Positions 46,501 to 59,350 of a DNA stretch of 64,000 nt are shown here, piece by piece. Location of the stretch: positions 124,001 to 188,000 of the forward strand of contig JBEWZL010000302.1 of NCBI GenBank assembly GCA_045837725.1. The letters run 5' to 3'. The notes under the pieces are model-generated. The model was not told the origin of the DNA, made no database searches, and saw nothing but the letters and a program-made list of their open reading frames with translations. This DNA is from Vermamoeba vermiformis (lineage: Eukaryota). The first letter of the stretch is position 1; each line of letters begins with the position of its first letter. A program made the position numbers and the translations under genes.

Positions 46501-47996
46501 CTGTCCTTTCCGACTACAAGTAAGTCCATTCAAACTAGTAATTATGGCGTTTTACTAACGTGTCTGTAGGGCTAACATTCCCAACGCTCGTGAGGCCGAA
46601 GTGTTGTCGCTGAACGCTCAAATCGTCAACAAGTGCAAAGGCGCAATCACCAATGAAATCCCGCGCATTTTCGATGCTATTTTCGAGTGCACGTTGATGA
46701 TGATCTCGAAGAACTTTGAAGATTTCCCCGACTTCCGTGTCAACTTTTTCAACTTTATTCGTGCTGTCAACAGCCACTGTTTCAAAGGTACGTTATTATT
46801 ATAGGTTATTCTTACTATTGAGGGTGAGTTTAATGACACTTTTGTAGCGTTCTTCATGATGCCGCCTCAAGTTTTCAAGTTGGTTATTGATTCTATCGTC
46901 TGGGCCTTCAAACACACGATGCGAAATATCTCCGAGACTGGTTTGACTATCCTTATGGAGCTCTTCGATAACATTAGTGGCACTGAAGTCGCTGCTCCGT
47001 TCTATCAAAGCTACTTCTTGACGCTGTTGCAAGATCTGTTCGTCGTTCTGACGGACGCCTTCCACAAATCTGGCTTCTCATTACAAAGCGCCTTGTTGCT
47101 CCGAATGTGCAATGAAGTCGACTCAGGCAAAGTTCAAGTAAGTGTCAAAACAATGAAGAGTCAGATCCGGATCCCTGGATCTTGAGTTCGAACATTAGTA
47201 CATAGCAATTAGATGTTATGCACGGATACATTTAACGATGTTTCAATGGTTAATGTCAATTATTATAGGTACCTCTGTGGGATCCAGCCAAGATCAACGA
47301 TCCGTCGATGACAAATCCGCGATTCTTGCGAGAGCACATTTGTCAATTATTGGCTCAATCATATCCCAACTTGTCTCAAGGCCAGGTCGTAGCTTTCGTC
47401 GAGGGTTTGTTCTCGTTGAAAGACTTGAACTTGTTCAAGAATCACTTGCGCGACTTCCTCGTGCAGATCAAGGAGTTCGCAGGCGGTGAAGATAACGCCA
47501 AGCTCTACGAAGCCGATAAAGAAGCTGAAGCCGCTAAGGCAACTAAAGAAGAGACCGAAAGAAATATGCAGATTCCTGGCATGATTCCTCCGAACGCGGA
47601 TCCAAGGTATGTTTTTGCTCGAGCAACCGTTATACATGTGGATCTTGATCTGTTTTTATTGCCCTTCATCAAAATTCGCGTTCGTTTATTACGCTCGGAT
47701 AGTTATTATCGTTTTCTAAGTTTTCGAGGGAGGGTTTGCCGTCCCATAACTTTTGATTATGACTTTTGTGGGCATTAATTTTCTCCAACGGATCAAGTCC
47801 ATCATTTGTTATGAAAATTGTATTTAGATGATGAACTTAAAGTCAGTCCTGCAACAGAAATCTGTGACGATATGTCCTTTGGACAGTTTCTGATCATAAA
47901 TACAATCCTAAATTAGTTATCTTTTTATTTTTTTTTTTGGATCTCGATCTAACCTCACTTTTGAATAGAAACGAAGCCGAAAGCATGCTGGACTAA
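43521..47996 (+). CDS. XPO1: Exportin-1 (CRM1)
   Basis: [88 protein letters not shown] and [15 protein letters not shown]. Confidence 0.97.
47817..47906 (+). ncRNA. Box C/D snoRNA in the last XPO1 intron
   Basis: Box C ATGATGA 47828-47834, D' CAGA 47855-47858, C' GTGACGA 47864-47870 and D CTGA 47890-47893. A perfect 10-bp flanking stem ATTGTATTTA/TAAATACAAT closes it. Box D lies about 75 nt from the 3' splice site. Confidence 0.8.
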
Positions 47997-48623
47997 AAGA
48001 CATGCGCGAATATATAATATAACCCTTGAAAACCGACAATGCAAAAATTAGGTCAGAGATCTGATCTCAAAACAAATAACAATAATAATTTTGATGTTTA
48101 TAACCAAACAATTTTGTGATAAATAACCTCCAATGACTTGGAACTAGTTAAATAGAAGTAATAAAACAGTTTAGTCTGTCTGCAAACAATACACGGGTCC
48201 TTCGAGTCATAGCCAACTTTGGATGTACTCCACGCTCACACTGGCACCTCTAATAGAAACAAAAAACTGATATACGGGGACTAATAACTTAAACCTACAT
48301 AGTACACAAGTGCTTTATACGCCAGGCTTTTCCCCTTAATTGGAATTGCTGCATCCGCCTGAGTTTTGTCTGTCATTCGTCATAACCGATTGAATAGGAT
48401 ATTTAAGGCACGTTAATCAATAAGCAATATATCATGCGATAAGCTTAAATTCATCGATTGTTTTTGTTGTTTTTGTTGGTTTCGTTTTTGCGGAGCTGCC
48501 AATCACCGGTTAAAATTTGATTGAAAAACTGGAATTGGCTCATTAATTTACTTTACTGTGATCTTGGCATCCACAACCTAGCCTAAATACCTTATTATTC
48601 ATATTTGTTGTTGGCAGGTCAAG

Positions 48624-50141
48624 ATGAGCCACAGTGGCATCGTTATTTTATTTTTGGCTTCATTAGCCATTTTTGCTCAAGCACAAGTAGCACGAAGACC
48701 TTATACTGGCTCTGTTTACAGTACATATCACCCAATAATATTAATACAAATAATTTTCCAATCGGTTAGAAATTATTTTAGAATTTCTAATGAAGCAATT
48801 TAGCTAATTCATATTAACCTGTTTATTTTTAGGCAGTTACGGAGGTTCTTACGTTAACGTCATTGTTTATTGCGCTGATTCAAGCGTAATTGACACTACC
48901 GTTACAAGTAGCACTTATTCCTATTCGACAACCCTATCCTATAGCTATACTGCTTGTGCGACAATATTAAGTAATTATGTTGATGACGTAAGTAGGAATT
49001 GTCGGGTTAGTAGTTTCAACTAACCTGGATTTCAGCCTTTTACGATCGTCGTTTCCGGAGGCTCTAGTTCCACTGGACAAAACATAACTATTATGGAGTC
49101 TAGTTTCCTAGGGACGGCTCCTGGATCAAGTGGCATCGATTTTGCTCCAAACACGCCAGTCAAAATTGCGGTGATTCCGGGATCCGTTTCTTCTTCAACC
49201 TACAGCTCTTACATAACGTACAATTTTACCCTCGCAGTTGTTGGTACTAGTAAGTAGTGTATATAATTGCCATCCTATGCTAACGTTTCTTAACAGGTTG
49301 CGGCGATGGATATCGTCAAGCCGATCAAGGCGAAGAATGCGACGGATACGGCACCGGATGTGATTATGACACTTGCACTTGCCGGTAAGAATATAGCACG
49401 GTGAGGTGTCATTACTAATGAACACGTCATTAGCTCCGACTATTATCCTGATACGCAACATCCGACGAACACTGATTGCGTGTCCATCTACGACACCACT
49501 TCTTCATTCTCGTTTTTGGGCTTGTTTCTTGGTATTTTTATCCCCTTTTTCGTCATTGTTGTTGTCCTTAGTGTCGTCTTGCGTGTCCTGTTCATCAGAG
49601 GGTAAGCCCGGATCCACGCGTACACGCACCTTTGAGCCAATACTGACGTCTTGTATGAAGTACCATTGCATGCTGTGGCGTTCGAAGACAACGAACTACT
49701 GTGCAGACAGTTACTGTGGCACAACCAGCGACTACCACGACTACTACAACGACTACAGCAGTGGTCCAAGGTCAACCTTATCCTCAACCAGCTGTCACTG
49801 AAGTCGCGTACTATCCTCAGCCACAACAGCAGCAATATCCTCCGCAACAACAGTACCCGCCTCAACAAGGTCCTGTGGTCCCTCCTCCTCAACAGCACGT
49901 GATGCAATATCCTCCCCAACAACAGTACCCTCCTCAACAACCCAATGTCGATGGACCTGTCGTGCCACCACAACAGTACTCGCAGCCCATGATGCAGCAG
50001 CAGCCTTACGCTCCTCAACCTTACCCCGATCAACCTACTCCCTACGGATATCCAGGTGGCAATGCGCCAGTCCAAGGTGGTTATGTCGTGTACTCACCTC
50101 CTCCTCAAGGTGGTGCTTTCCAACAACAACCTCCTAAATAG
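48624..50141 (+). CDS. Type I membrane protein: signal peptide, CGDG...EECD Cys-rich module, TM, P/Q/Y-rich tail (paralog 1)
   Basis: MSHSGIVILFLASLAIFAQAQ, CGDGYRQADQGEECDGYGTGCDYDTCTC, FWACFLVFLSPFFVIVVVL-type hydrophobic exon and QQYPPQQQYPP tail. Confidence 0.7.
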
Positions 50142-50278
50142 TCTCTCTTAATGATCGTGACAGGCCCGTTTAGTCAATAAAGTATCGATAGATGTTATGG
50201 GAGTGCACTTTGAACTTGGCGATCTGCAGAGACAAAGACGAAATTGAATATATAGTTGGAGTTGGACCATTGACGTGT

Positions 50279-50557
50279 TTAATATACGTTGAGCTTTACT
50301 CTAACAATATATACAATCATTCCATATGTTACAAGTGCTGCGAGAGGGCCTACAAGTGATCCTCGAACAATCATTGCAAATCCGTTGCCAAATCCACCTG
50401 CAGCGCATGACGAAGCATTACCGAGCAGGCAAAAAGCTCCAAAAATTAGATTTAATATTCCTCCGAGCGCTGCAGGTAATGCGACTGCAAGTATAAATAA
50501 GCTGCACGTTAAATTGCACGAATACATTGAGTCATCATCGTCCTCTTGACCTGCCAT
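50279..50557 (-). CDS. Small 2-TM protein, paralog of 50944-51219
   Basis: Shares IFGAxC...SSCxAGGFGxG..MIVxG with its neighbour. Intronless. Confidence 0.7.
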   Translation of the reverse strand: MAGQEDDDDSMYSCNLTCSLFILAVALPAALGGILNLIFGAFCLLGNASSCAAGGFGNGFAMIVRGSLVGPLAALVTYGMIVYIVRVKLNVY

Positions 50558-50943
50558 TCGGTTTAAATATGACACTAATTAATAAACTCCTCACGAGTTG
50601 ATGTTTTCTAACGTAATCGATGATAATGATGATGTGACAGGCGTCAAAAAAAGACCCCATCCAAAAAAAATTGGGGTTTTTTTCTACACTTTCTAGCTAA
50701 ATGAAGCGCCATACATTATCTGTCATATAGACTACTCAAACTAGTGCACGGAGCCATTCTCGTTTCAGAATAACGTAGCGTCAAGTACCTTGATCCGGAT
50801 CACAGTTAGAGTTTCCTGTTTTAATTATTTTCTATTTTTTTGAAAATTAAATATATTTTGTTAAGATTATGGAAGCTCAGTGTGCATATGCACGGAATAG
50901 CATGGTAGAGACAATTTTAAAATAAATATTATTTACATTTAAA

Positions 50944-51219
50944 TTAACACAATGCTCTGGTAATATATACAACAGTATGATACGTTACGTATATGCCAAC
51001 AAAACCAAATATGCCGCCAAACACGATCATCGTAACTCCACCGCCGAATCCACCGGCACCACAAGAAGACAGGTCCCCTTGCACACATATAGCTCCAAAA
51101 ATTATTAGAATTATTCCGGCAATAGCTACAAGTATAGTAAGGACTAATAAGCCAAAGCAGCATTTCATGTCGCGAGGTCCTCGAACGTAATCCACATCGT
51201 CGTCTCTATCGTAACCCAT
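50944..51219 (-). CDS. Small 2-TM protein, paralog of 50279-50557
   Basis: Acidic N-terminus and two hydrophobic helices linked by a Cys/Gly loop. Confidence 0.72.
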   Translation of the reverse strand: MGYDRDDDVDYVRGPRDMKCCFGLLVLTILVAIAGIILIIFGAICVQGDLSSCGAGGFGGGVTMIVFGGIFGFVGIYVTYHTVVYITRALC

Positions 51220-51330
51220 TTGTGGTATTACTTATAGTGCTGTTATCTATATAATGTTTTTTAAGCAGTTAACTAATCGTTTAAACGTTTTAAAGACTTA
51301 ATTTACTGATTATTTGAAACGGTTGCGACA

Positions 51331-51333
<3 letters not shown>

Positions 51334-51362
<29 letters not shown>

Positions 51363-51378
51363 GGTTTTTTTTTTTTTT
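51334..51378. repeat. Poly(T) tract, about 45 bp, interrupted by GG
   Basis: Directly visible in the sequence. Confidence 0.95.
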
Positions 51379-51683
51379 CATTGGATCAATGATTTTCTTA
51401 AACGAGCTATTGAACTCTGCATTAGAAGATCAACTTCAAGAATCTGTGCGACGAACACTGCTTAAGCTAGACCGAATCTCGTGATAAAAGACCAGGCAAT
51501 CGATTCGTCAAATTTGCCTTCGATTAGCCAAAAAACACCATCTTGCAGCGGATCCAGCTTCGGTACAACTGAAGATCACCGGTGTAATATTATCTTTTTG
51601 CAAGTTCAGTGATTCTCGTCCCAATCGCTGCCTTCAACTATATGTTTGTTGTGCACGTGTAACGGTAGCGTGGGTTTCCAAAC

Positions 51684-51986
51684 GTGGTGAAACTGCCCGC
51701 TTTACAGGTTTCACACAATCCTGGTCCTTATCAAGTCACAAAAATATTCAACGAAAAATACCACGCCGGATGTGACGCCAAGTACGCACGACAATCATAT
51801 TATACCTTAACTGGGGTCTGCAGGCCTCTGAATGCGGACCAATCGCATAAATTCACGTGCGATCCGAACCAACAGTTAGAGCAGGTGTACAAGACGAAAG
51901 CTTGTAAGGGTATGCCGGAAATAGTGTTTTCCAACAAATTTGATTGTACGCCTGATTCGCTTTTAACGTGCGAAATGAATCCCTAA
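51684..51986 (+). CDS. Cys-rich exon of a probable secreted protein, 5' end not found (partial gene or pseudogene)
   Basis: 100-aa ORF with spaced Cys, similar in style to the C-terminal repeats of 17246-18569. AATAAA overlaps the stop. No in-frame ATG exon was identified. Confidence 0.35.
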   Translation: MVKLPALQVSHNPGPYQVTKIFNEKYHAGCDAKYARQSYYTLTGVCRPLNADQSHKFTCDPNQQLEQVYKTKACKGMPEIVFSNKFDCTPDSLLTCEMNP

Positions 51987-52412
51987 TAAAGAAGGTCTCG
52001 TTTACAGAAAATTCGTTCATTTCGTTTCAAATCCGGCCAAAATTTAAATAATATTCATCAGGAACTGATAGACGGTACAAATTTCCGGAGCAAGGTATTT
52101 TATTATACGAAGTACATTGAATTTAGGAGAATACGTGCCGAGCTATACTAGAAGTGGAATTGCAGTGCAATTTTTAGGTGAATAAAATGTTCGAAAATCT
52201 GCTCTAAATACGTTTTCTGAGATTCTAATACCTCGAAGTACACAGATTGCGAATATTGACGGGTAGAGGAGCACCGTGATTTGAAAACTCGGAGTTCCGT
52301 AGCGGATCCGCTTTTCGAAGCACCTTCCGTCGAACGAAAATATAAAACAAAAACGAACTAATTTGGTTAACAATCAACAACAAGCAACATTAATATAAAT
52401 AACCACTCCATC

Positions 52413-53793
52413 ATGTCTTACAAACGTCTTTCTATCGATCAGTATGGCGATCCGCTTGCCGTTCTAAAATTAGAACGCGTCGACAAAATCCCAACTCCCG
52501 CTGATGATGAACTAGTGATCAAATTGATAGCGAGCCCTATTCATCCTTCTGATTTGTCGTTTGTTAGAGGTAAGAAAATTATGAATTCAAACCCTAACCC
52601 TCACAAATTGACAATTCTGCAGGTCAGTACGTGGCATTTGGATCTACGAGAGCAGTCCCCCCGACTTATCCTGGAAGTGAAGGCATGACATAACTATGGA
52701 GAATCAAACGTGAATTAACTCCGTTGTTTTTCAGGTGTCGGTCGGATCCACTCCGCTGGAAAAGACATTACCGAATTTGCAGTGGGTCAGCGTGTAGGCT
52801 TCTATTCAGAAACGCGTACGTAATAATATGGATCATTATTAAACACTCGAATACTCATGAGTATTGCAGATGCGTGGTCAGAATACTTGGTGCTGAAAAA
52901 ACCTTTCACCAGTGTTATTCCCCTGCCAGACATTTTACCAGATACTATTGCAGGTCAAGCATTCGTCAATCCTTTGACAGCTGTTGGAATGTTGGAGGAG
53001 ATTAAAGCCAAACCGGACGAGTGGATCCTTCAAACTGCTGCTGGATCCGTACTCGGTCAAATGACGATTCAGTTAGCCAAGTAAGAATTCGGCAGTCATG
53101 CTTAGTATATTAAATTAATATAATATCTTAAGATTACGAGGATTGCAACTGCTTAGTGTTGTTCGCCGTGTCTCTCAAGTGGACGAATTGAAGGCTCGCT
53201 ACGGCAGTGAGATTCATGTGCTTGCTTTCGATGGTTCTAACGAAGTGCAATTCTTGCAGCAGATCAATCAACTGACGCAAGGCAAAGGCATCAACTACAG
53301 TAAGTTTCTTTTGATTTTGCGATCCATCAAAACCCGTAAACAATTTCGCCAATTCGCCTGATTAAACACAATTAGATTTACAGGTAATCAATAATAATTA
53401 ATTTTAATAATTTTTTCTTCAGTTTTGGATCCAGTGGGCGGATCTACCACAGAAGCGGTCCTCAAAACTCTCGCGCCTAATGGACGTGCACTTTTCTACG
53501 GCTTGATCAGCGGCGAACCAGATATCAAGATCAGTTTCGCCACTATGTTGATGCAGAACACGCGTCTTGAAGTGTTCAGAGTCGCTGCGTGGCTGTTCAA
53601 GCAATCTCAAGAAGAGCGCGTCAAAGTTCTAACAGATCTGATTGGCTTGTTGGCGTCGAAGCAACTGGTGCCTTTATTAGAGGAGGTACTGCCGTTTGAA
53701 GAGTTTAAGAACGCTGTTATCAAGTCCGTCACTCCCGGAAAGGTCGGCAAAGTCTTCATTGCGCCACATCCAGAACAAGTCTCGCGTCATTGA
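52413..53793 (+). CDS. Zn-independent MDR oxidoreductase (MECR/enoyl-thioester reductase-like)
   Basis: ASPIHPSDL, PGSEGVG, FVNPLTAVGML, LQTAAGSVLGQM, DPVGG and YGLISG. Confidence 0.9.
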
Positions 53794-54380
53794 GCGCACA
53801 ATACTGGAAACTTCATTAATAAGCAGTGTTAAGTAATAGTATTACAATTGATAAATTTAGAAATAAATCTGGCGAGGAAAAGTTATTAACAATAATAAAA
53901 CTGAGCGGTAAATTTCATACCTTCGACCTTGATTCACATCCGCTTCAACTGTCAAAGTTCCACGAAAAGATTTCTTTTAGCGCGACTTTATCGCCATTTC
54001 CACGGCATTGCCTTAACGCACGAGTTCCGTTGGGAGGAGATTTCAAGGACGGTTCTGCACTCAATGTCGGCGGTTCTGCTAGGCCACTAACGCATTGGAT
54101 ACTGCCAGCAATAGTATATAAATACTATACTCCCCAGTCTCACACAAATCTAAATATTTTCAGTTACATTTTGAACTATCATAGGCCAGGCCAATATGAG
54201 AAATGTCCGACCTGACAAGTATCGTGTTGTGGCCACAGTAATGCACTACAACACGCTTCTTAATAGTAGCTCTAATATAGTATGATATAATTCTATTTAA
54301 TACACTATTAACAAATAATAAATCTAAAGGTGTAAGGACGTACAAAAAAATGAGTACCAGATCCGTTCGGAATTCATTCG

Positions 54381-55078
54381 CTATTTTCCTTCTGGAGGTG
54401 GTGTCGGGGAGCTCGATCGTCGATATAAATTTACTAGATTAGGTAATATAATAGACGTTGGCGTAAGGGTTCCTTGATTGAGTTTGTCCCACGGAATCTG
54501 CTCTTTTGCGGCAGTAATTCCTTGACCAGCCTTTTCTTTGGCATATGCATACGGATAATATACTGCATCTACGGTCTTATCTTTGGCCCACGAGGCCGTA
54601 TTTTTGGTCCATCCGTAACCGGCAGAAATTTTGGATGTGACTTGGTTCTGAACTTCAATACCAAATTCGCTGACTTTGTGTCGCACGTATGGATCGTTGG
54701 AAGCGCATCGTATAAAGATGGCAGTTTCTTTAGCGAGTTGCCTTACATCGGAGGGAATGTATTTATCGATCACAGGTTGAACGCGTTTGATGAACACTGG
54801 ATTGGTCAGATCTCGTCATTTAATTTTAAATAATTATTACTTACCTTCAGTAGAAAATTGCTTCATTCTGTTGGCGCTTTCCTTCGTGTCTTGGGAGAAA
54901 TCCGAGGGTTTACCAAGATCTAAATATTGTTAATCAAATAAATAGGCTCCAAATATCTTTAAAATCAATACCGTTATTTTGTAACTGGGGTGTTATATTA
55001 TTGCTTTGCCTAGTATCAAATAGATCAATTCAATCGAATTCTTTCAAAGCTAAAATCAGGAACGTACGTCTCTTCCAT
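54381..55078 (-). CDS. Hypothetical amphipathic-helical protein, 4 exons, paralog of 55647-56388
   Basis: MEETQSNN...WTKNTASWAKDKTVDAVYYPYAYAKEKAGQGI. Same intron pattern as its neighbour. Confidence 0.75.
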
Positions 55079-55646
55079 TGGAAAGAATTATATTATATTA
55101 GCACTTTCAACTTGCAGTGTTCTATTAATTAAAGACCGATGTTGTAACAGTTTTCGTTTTAACAGAAAAAACTTGCGATTTAAATTTCATCAAGTCCTCT
55201 TCGATGTTGTTCATTTGAAATTTCGTTTTTGCGAGTGAAATATCTTTTTACATTATATTGCAGTAATGCTAGTATACTAAGACACGAAAATAGCGAAAGA
55301 ACGCAAGATCCGGATCTCTTCCGAGGACCTATATCAGAGGTCCGTAGTTGCATTATAGCAATAATATCGGAACAGTTTATATGCAAGAGGGGTATGGCCG
55401 TCGGTGTGATTCCAATAATGTAATCGCCAATTAATTGTCAAATTGTAGTGCGCTATTTCAATTTGAGAATTCATCGCTCTCGCAAGCCTCGAATAATTTC
55501 ATGAAAAACAATAACAATAGCTTTCATTTACATTATTACTACTGTAGTATAATACAAGTATATCTAATACATAGCTTTGAATAACTAATGAACGATACAA
55601 AGCAAAAGTACGTACAAATTAGTTGACACGTGTCAAAGATCCAGAT

Positions 55647-56388
55647 CTACACTTTAACGCCATTATCGTCCTGCGATATGGACTGTCGTTTATATTGATT
55701 TCCAAAATAGGCAATTCCATATGATAATCCTGGTATTTTTTGATTTGTCATGTTTGAATTATATTTCCACCACAATGACGGCATCAGATCTCGCGAATAA
55801 TTAATTCCTTGACTAGTCTTCTCTATGGTATAATTATATGTATATGATACTGCTTGAGTGGTCTTATCTTTAGCACTTGACGCAGTTCTCGCGGTCCAAA
55901 AATACGCGCCTTTTGTAGTGGATCCGATCTGACTTCCAATTTGACTAGCTGTTTGTTGCACTTGTGGATCTGTTACGATACTTATAGCTAAATCTGCGCT
56001 GCATTTAATTACAGGAATTAATGGCGAAGGCACGCCCATGTACCAAATAGCTGCGTAAAAACCTTTTGAGACTGGATTAGGACTTGGATGGTACGAAAAA
56101 GGGATAATTATTATTAATAATAATATAAATTACCTGCTTCGGTAAGTTTAGCAGCCTTTTGCCATACTTCTTGCGAGCCTGCTGCGGGTGATTTTGGAAT
56201 CTCGAGATCTGCCGAATAAAAAATCAGTATTACGGGTAATAGATATTTGTTATACTTAATTTTCAGATAATTTACGTACCCTTATTTATTGAAGTGAATG
56301 AAGGATTATTAGTTTGCCTAATAATATAACGAATTTGAATTGAAAATCAAATCCAAGAGCCTTAAAGTTCAACGTACGTCGCTTCCAT
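55647..56388 (-). CDS. Hypothetical amphipathic-helical protein, 4 exons, paralog of 54381-55078
   Basis: MEATQTNN...WTARTASSAKDKTTQAVSYTYNYTIEKTSQGI. Confidence 0.75.
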
Positions 56389-56500
56389 CGCTGATCTGTT
56401 AGTGTTAATTAATGTATATGAAATAAATATTAGATTTTTAGGTTTTTTGTGGCCAGTGTGTTCACGAATTTCACCGGTTAAAGTAAGTTCATTTTCAAAT

Positions 56501-57164
56501 CTACAACTTGGGTCGAAGAGAAGCACCGCTATCGATGTTATTACTATTATCAGCGATGTCTTTAGTAAGAATATGAACTTTAGCCAAATTAGCGCCGTAT
56601 TGTTGCGCTAATTCCTCGCGCGACTTCATAAGTCTGGATTTCAGCTCAGGAGCAACGACTAAGATGATTTGACCAGCAACAAATGCTAAGTAACCCTTAG
56701 AAGGAGTAAATCCTAATAATCAATGAGTTAAAAGGATTCTCAAAGGAAAATCGTTGTGATCAGATCCAGTGTCAAAAAAATTCTTACCTGTACCGCCAGA
56801 TTGTAACAAGGCAACGAGTCCTTTCAATGGTATTTTACTATGTTGTGCATATGCAATGAGTTTTGTGGCCAAAGATCCTGTTTAACAAAAAGCAATTCGT
56901 AATTAGATCGTAAATCCGCATAAAAATAATTAAATCAATATTACTTGGAATAACACCATAAGGCCCAAATCCAATAGCCCATAATATAACTTTTCTAGCT
57001 ACAAATATTCCAACAGCTCGAATTAGAATACGAATAATTTTCGAGATCAATTGATTCTTTTCTTCAGTAGCAGCAGTAGCAACGATTTCTTGATTTTTTG
57101 TTCCACAACAACATGGCGCTAATTTAGCAGAATTTTGTTGGTCGGTTGAGGCGTTACTATCCAT
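56501..57164 (-). CDS. IFI6/IFI27 (ISG12)-like protein, divergent copy 1
   Basis: AIGFGPYGVIP/SLATKLI...LVALLQSGGTG, with introns at positions equivalent to the neighbouring copies. Confidence 0.72.
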
Positions 57165-57371
57165 ACTGATTTTTTGATCTCGATCTTTTTGCGTTTAAAA
57201 GTTGCTTTCACGATAAATAAATAGTATAGGTATATAATACAATAATATATAATATACAAATAATATTAAATAGGTGCCTTTGATGTCCACGGCGTTTCGT
57301 CAACTAACAAAAGTAAAAAAACGAACGATTCTTTTATTTAGTCCCCTCTGCAATAGAGCGAAACAACTAAA

Positions 57372-58099
57372 CTACTCCTTAGTGTTAGTATTGTATATTC
57401 TATCTCTTATTGCTTGAATGCAACTCCTTAAATCGTCCCAGGCAGTTTGGATTTGAGATGTCACGAACTCAGAAGCTTTGCCAAGCGTTTTAGAAAAGAT
57501 CTGCGAGTCTATTATGCGCTTAGTATATGAATATATATTAGGGCCGTATAATATTAGGGCAGTCGTGGCTCCGCTAACGATTCCAATCGGGATCAAGTAT
57601 GGAGAATCAAATCCTGAGGTAAGAGATTCATCAATAATTCGCCAAATTAATAATCATCGAATAGTAAATTATAAATATAATTAATTTAGCTGTGTGATTA
57701 CCTTTTGCACCAAGATTTTGCAAGATAGAAATTGGAGATCTTTTTCTTAAAGCTTCACGAGCATAGATCGACCATTGACGCATTAAAAAAGCAGCAAACG
57801 AGCCTTAAATATTTATATTAATATTGCTTGAATTAATTGATGGATTTCTACTCGAACTAACCTTTCGCAACACCAGATTTGGTAAATCCAGCTGCTCTGG
57901 CTGCTACAATGGCAGCAATAGGAGTACTAATAGCTATACATATGGTTATTGTCGCATTCTTCAAGTGATTTTGTTTCTTTTGACCGGATCTAAATTGAAT
58001 TCATTTTGGTAAGTTCTTTTTGCATTCTATATCTTATTTCCGTATATTCGCGTACATTTTATTATCATACAATCCTACGATACTGCTGTTTTCCGTCAT
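57372..58099 (-). CDS. IFI6/IFI27 (ISG12)-like protein, copy 2
   Basis: AAGFTKSGVAKGSFAAFLM...ISILQNLGAKG...PYLIPIG. 4 exons. Confidence 0.82.
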
Positions 58100-58297
58100 T
58101 TTTGATTTGAAATTGAAATTCTTACGGCGGAGTGCCATTTTTTCTGAAAGTCAAAACAAGTACTACGTTGAAGCCTCATATCTAGAGATCAGGTGAATAA
58201 ATGACATTTATTTATGTGTATATATATGTATATTATGAATAGCTAATGAAAAGCAAGGAAATTTTAAATAATGGCAACGACCGAAATGGATCTGGAT

Positions 58298-58888
58298 CTA
58301 GCTTAGATTAGGCGTAGTCTCGTTATCATTATGCTCATTAAGCTTCTCTTTAATATGCTTGACCACATCAGGTCCATACACTGCTGCTACTGCCACAGTT
58401 CCTGCGACGATTGCAACAGGGATCAAGTACGGCGAAAGAATACCTGAAAATAATGATTAATAGCGATAAAATATATTATAGGTATATAATATACTTAGAT
58501 ATCTTAGTATTAGTCTTTATTACCTGTTGCTCCGATCGATTGCAAGATCGCAACAGTAGATCCTTTCGAAATTGCGCCACCGCTTAAAATTGCAGCTTTG
58601 CTCATCAACAATGCACCCCAAGAGCCTAATGATTATTTAATATGAGTTCGAGTGCATATAAGATCAGTTTTGATGAGTTTTACCTTTGACAATTCCTGCA
58701 GCGGTGAATCCAGCTGCATTGATGGCCGCAGAAGTAGCAACAGGTGCGGCAATAGTACTGGCTGCTATTTTGAGACCGTTTGTTGCGTGCTTGGCAGCGT
58801 CGTTAGTCCTATTATATGGTAAAGGTGAGTAAAGCCTGGTCGAGAAATTTACAAATCTAGATCCTGCTTACGAGTTGTTCGATGACAT
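58298..58888 (-). CDS. IFI6/IFI27 (ISG12)-like protein, copy 3
   Basis: AAGFTAAGIVKGSWGALLMSKAAILSGGAISKGSTVAILQSIGATG, a close match to the ISG12 motif GFTAAGI..S.AA.MMS.AAI..GG.V..GS.VA.LQS.GA.G. Confidence 0.9.
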
Positions 58889-59350
58889 TGTTAGTGTTGT
58901 GTTGGTATACTAATTGATTAGAGTGTTTTAATGGTCTTGTCAGAATCGATCATTTTTAAGCAGATCCAACACGCCGTGCGCAACTTTTTCCAAACTGAAA
59001 TTTCACTCCACGCTGAAATGTCCCTGTGCCATCAATTTTCGTATTTTTCGTAATCTATTCATGTAATTAATCATCGTATCTTATTCCAATTCGATGGGAA
59101 CTGTGAAAAATATGAGTTTGACACGTGTCTAATAAAAGTGTCATTGTAATGGACGTACAATGATTTCAAGATTGATTAATAATAGCCTAGACAATAGTTA
59201 TATCACATTATTACTTTCATATTATAAACGCTCAAATAAATCAAAGAGGTCTTGTGGTGGCATCCGTAATTCATCGCAATTCTTTAAGATGTGCTCCAGA
59301 AGCTACTTTATCAAATAATATAGCTATTTATAGACTATATGACTATATAA

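Noticed and set aside
53826-54345. ORFs between the MDR gene and the amphipathic pair
   Set aside because: No ATG context, recognisable motif or consistent splice model.
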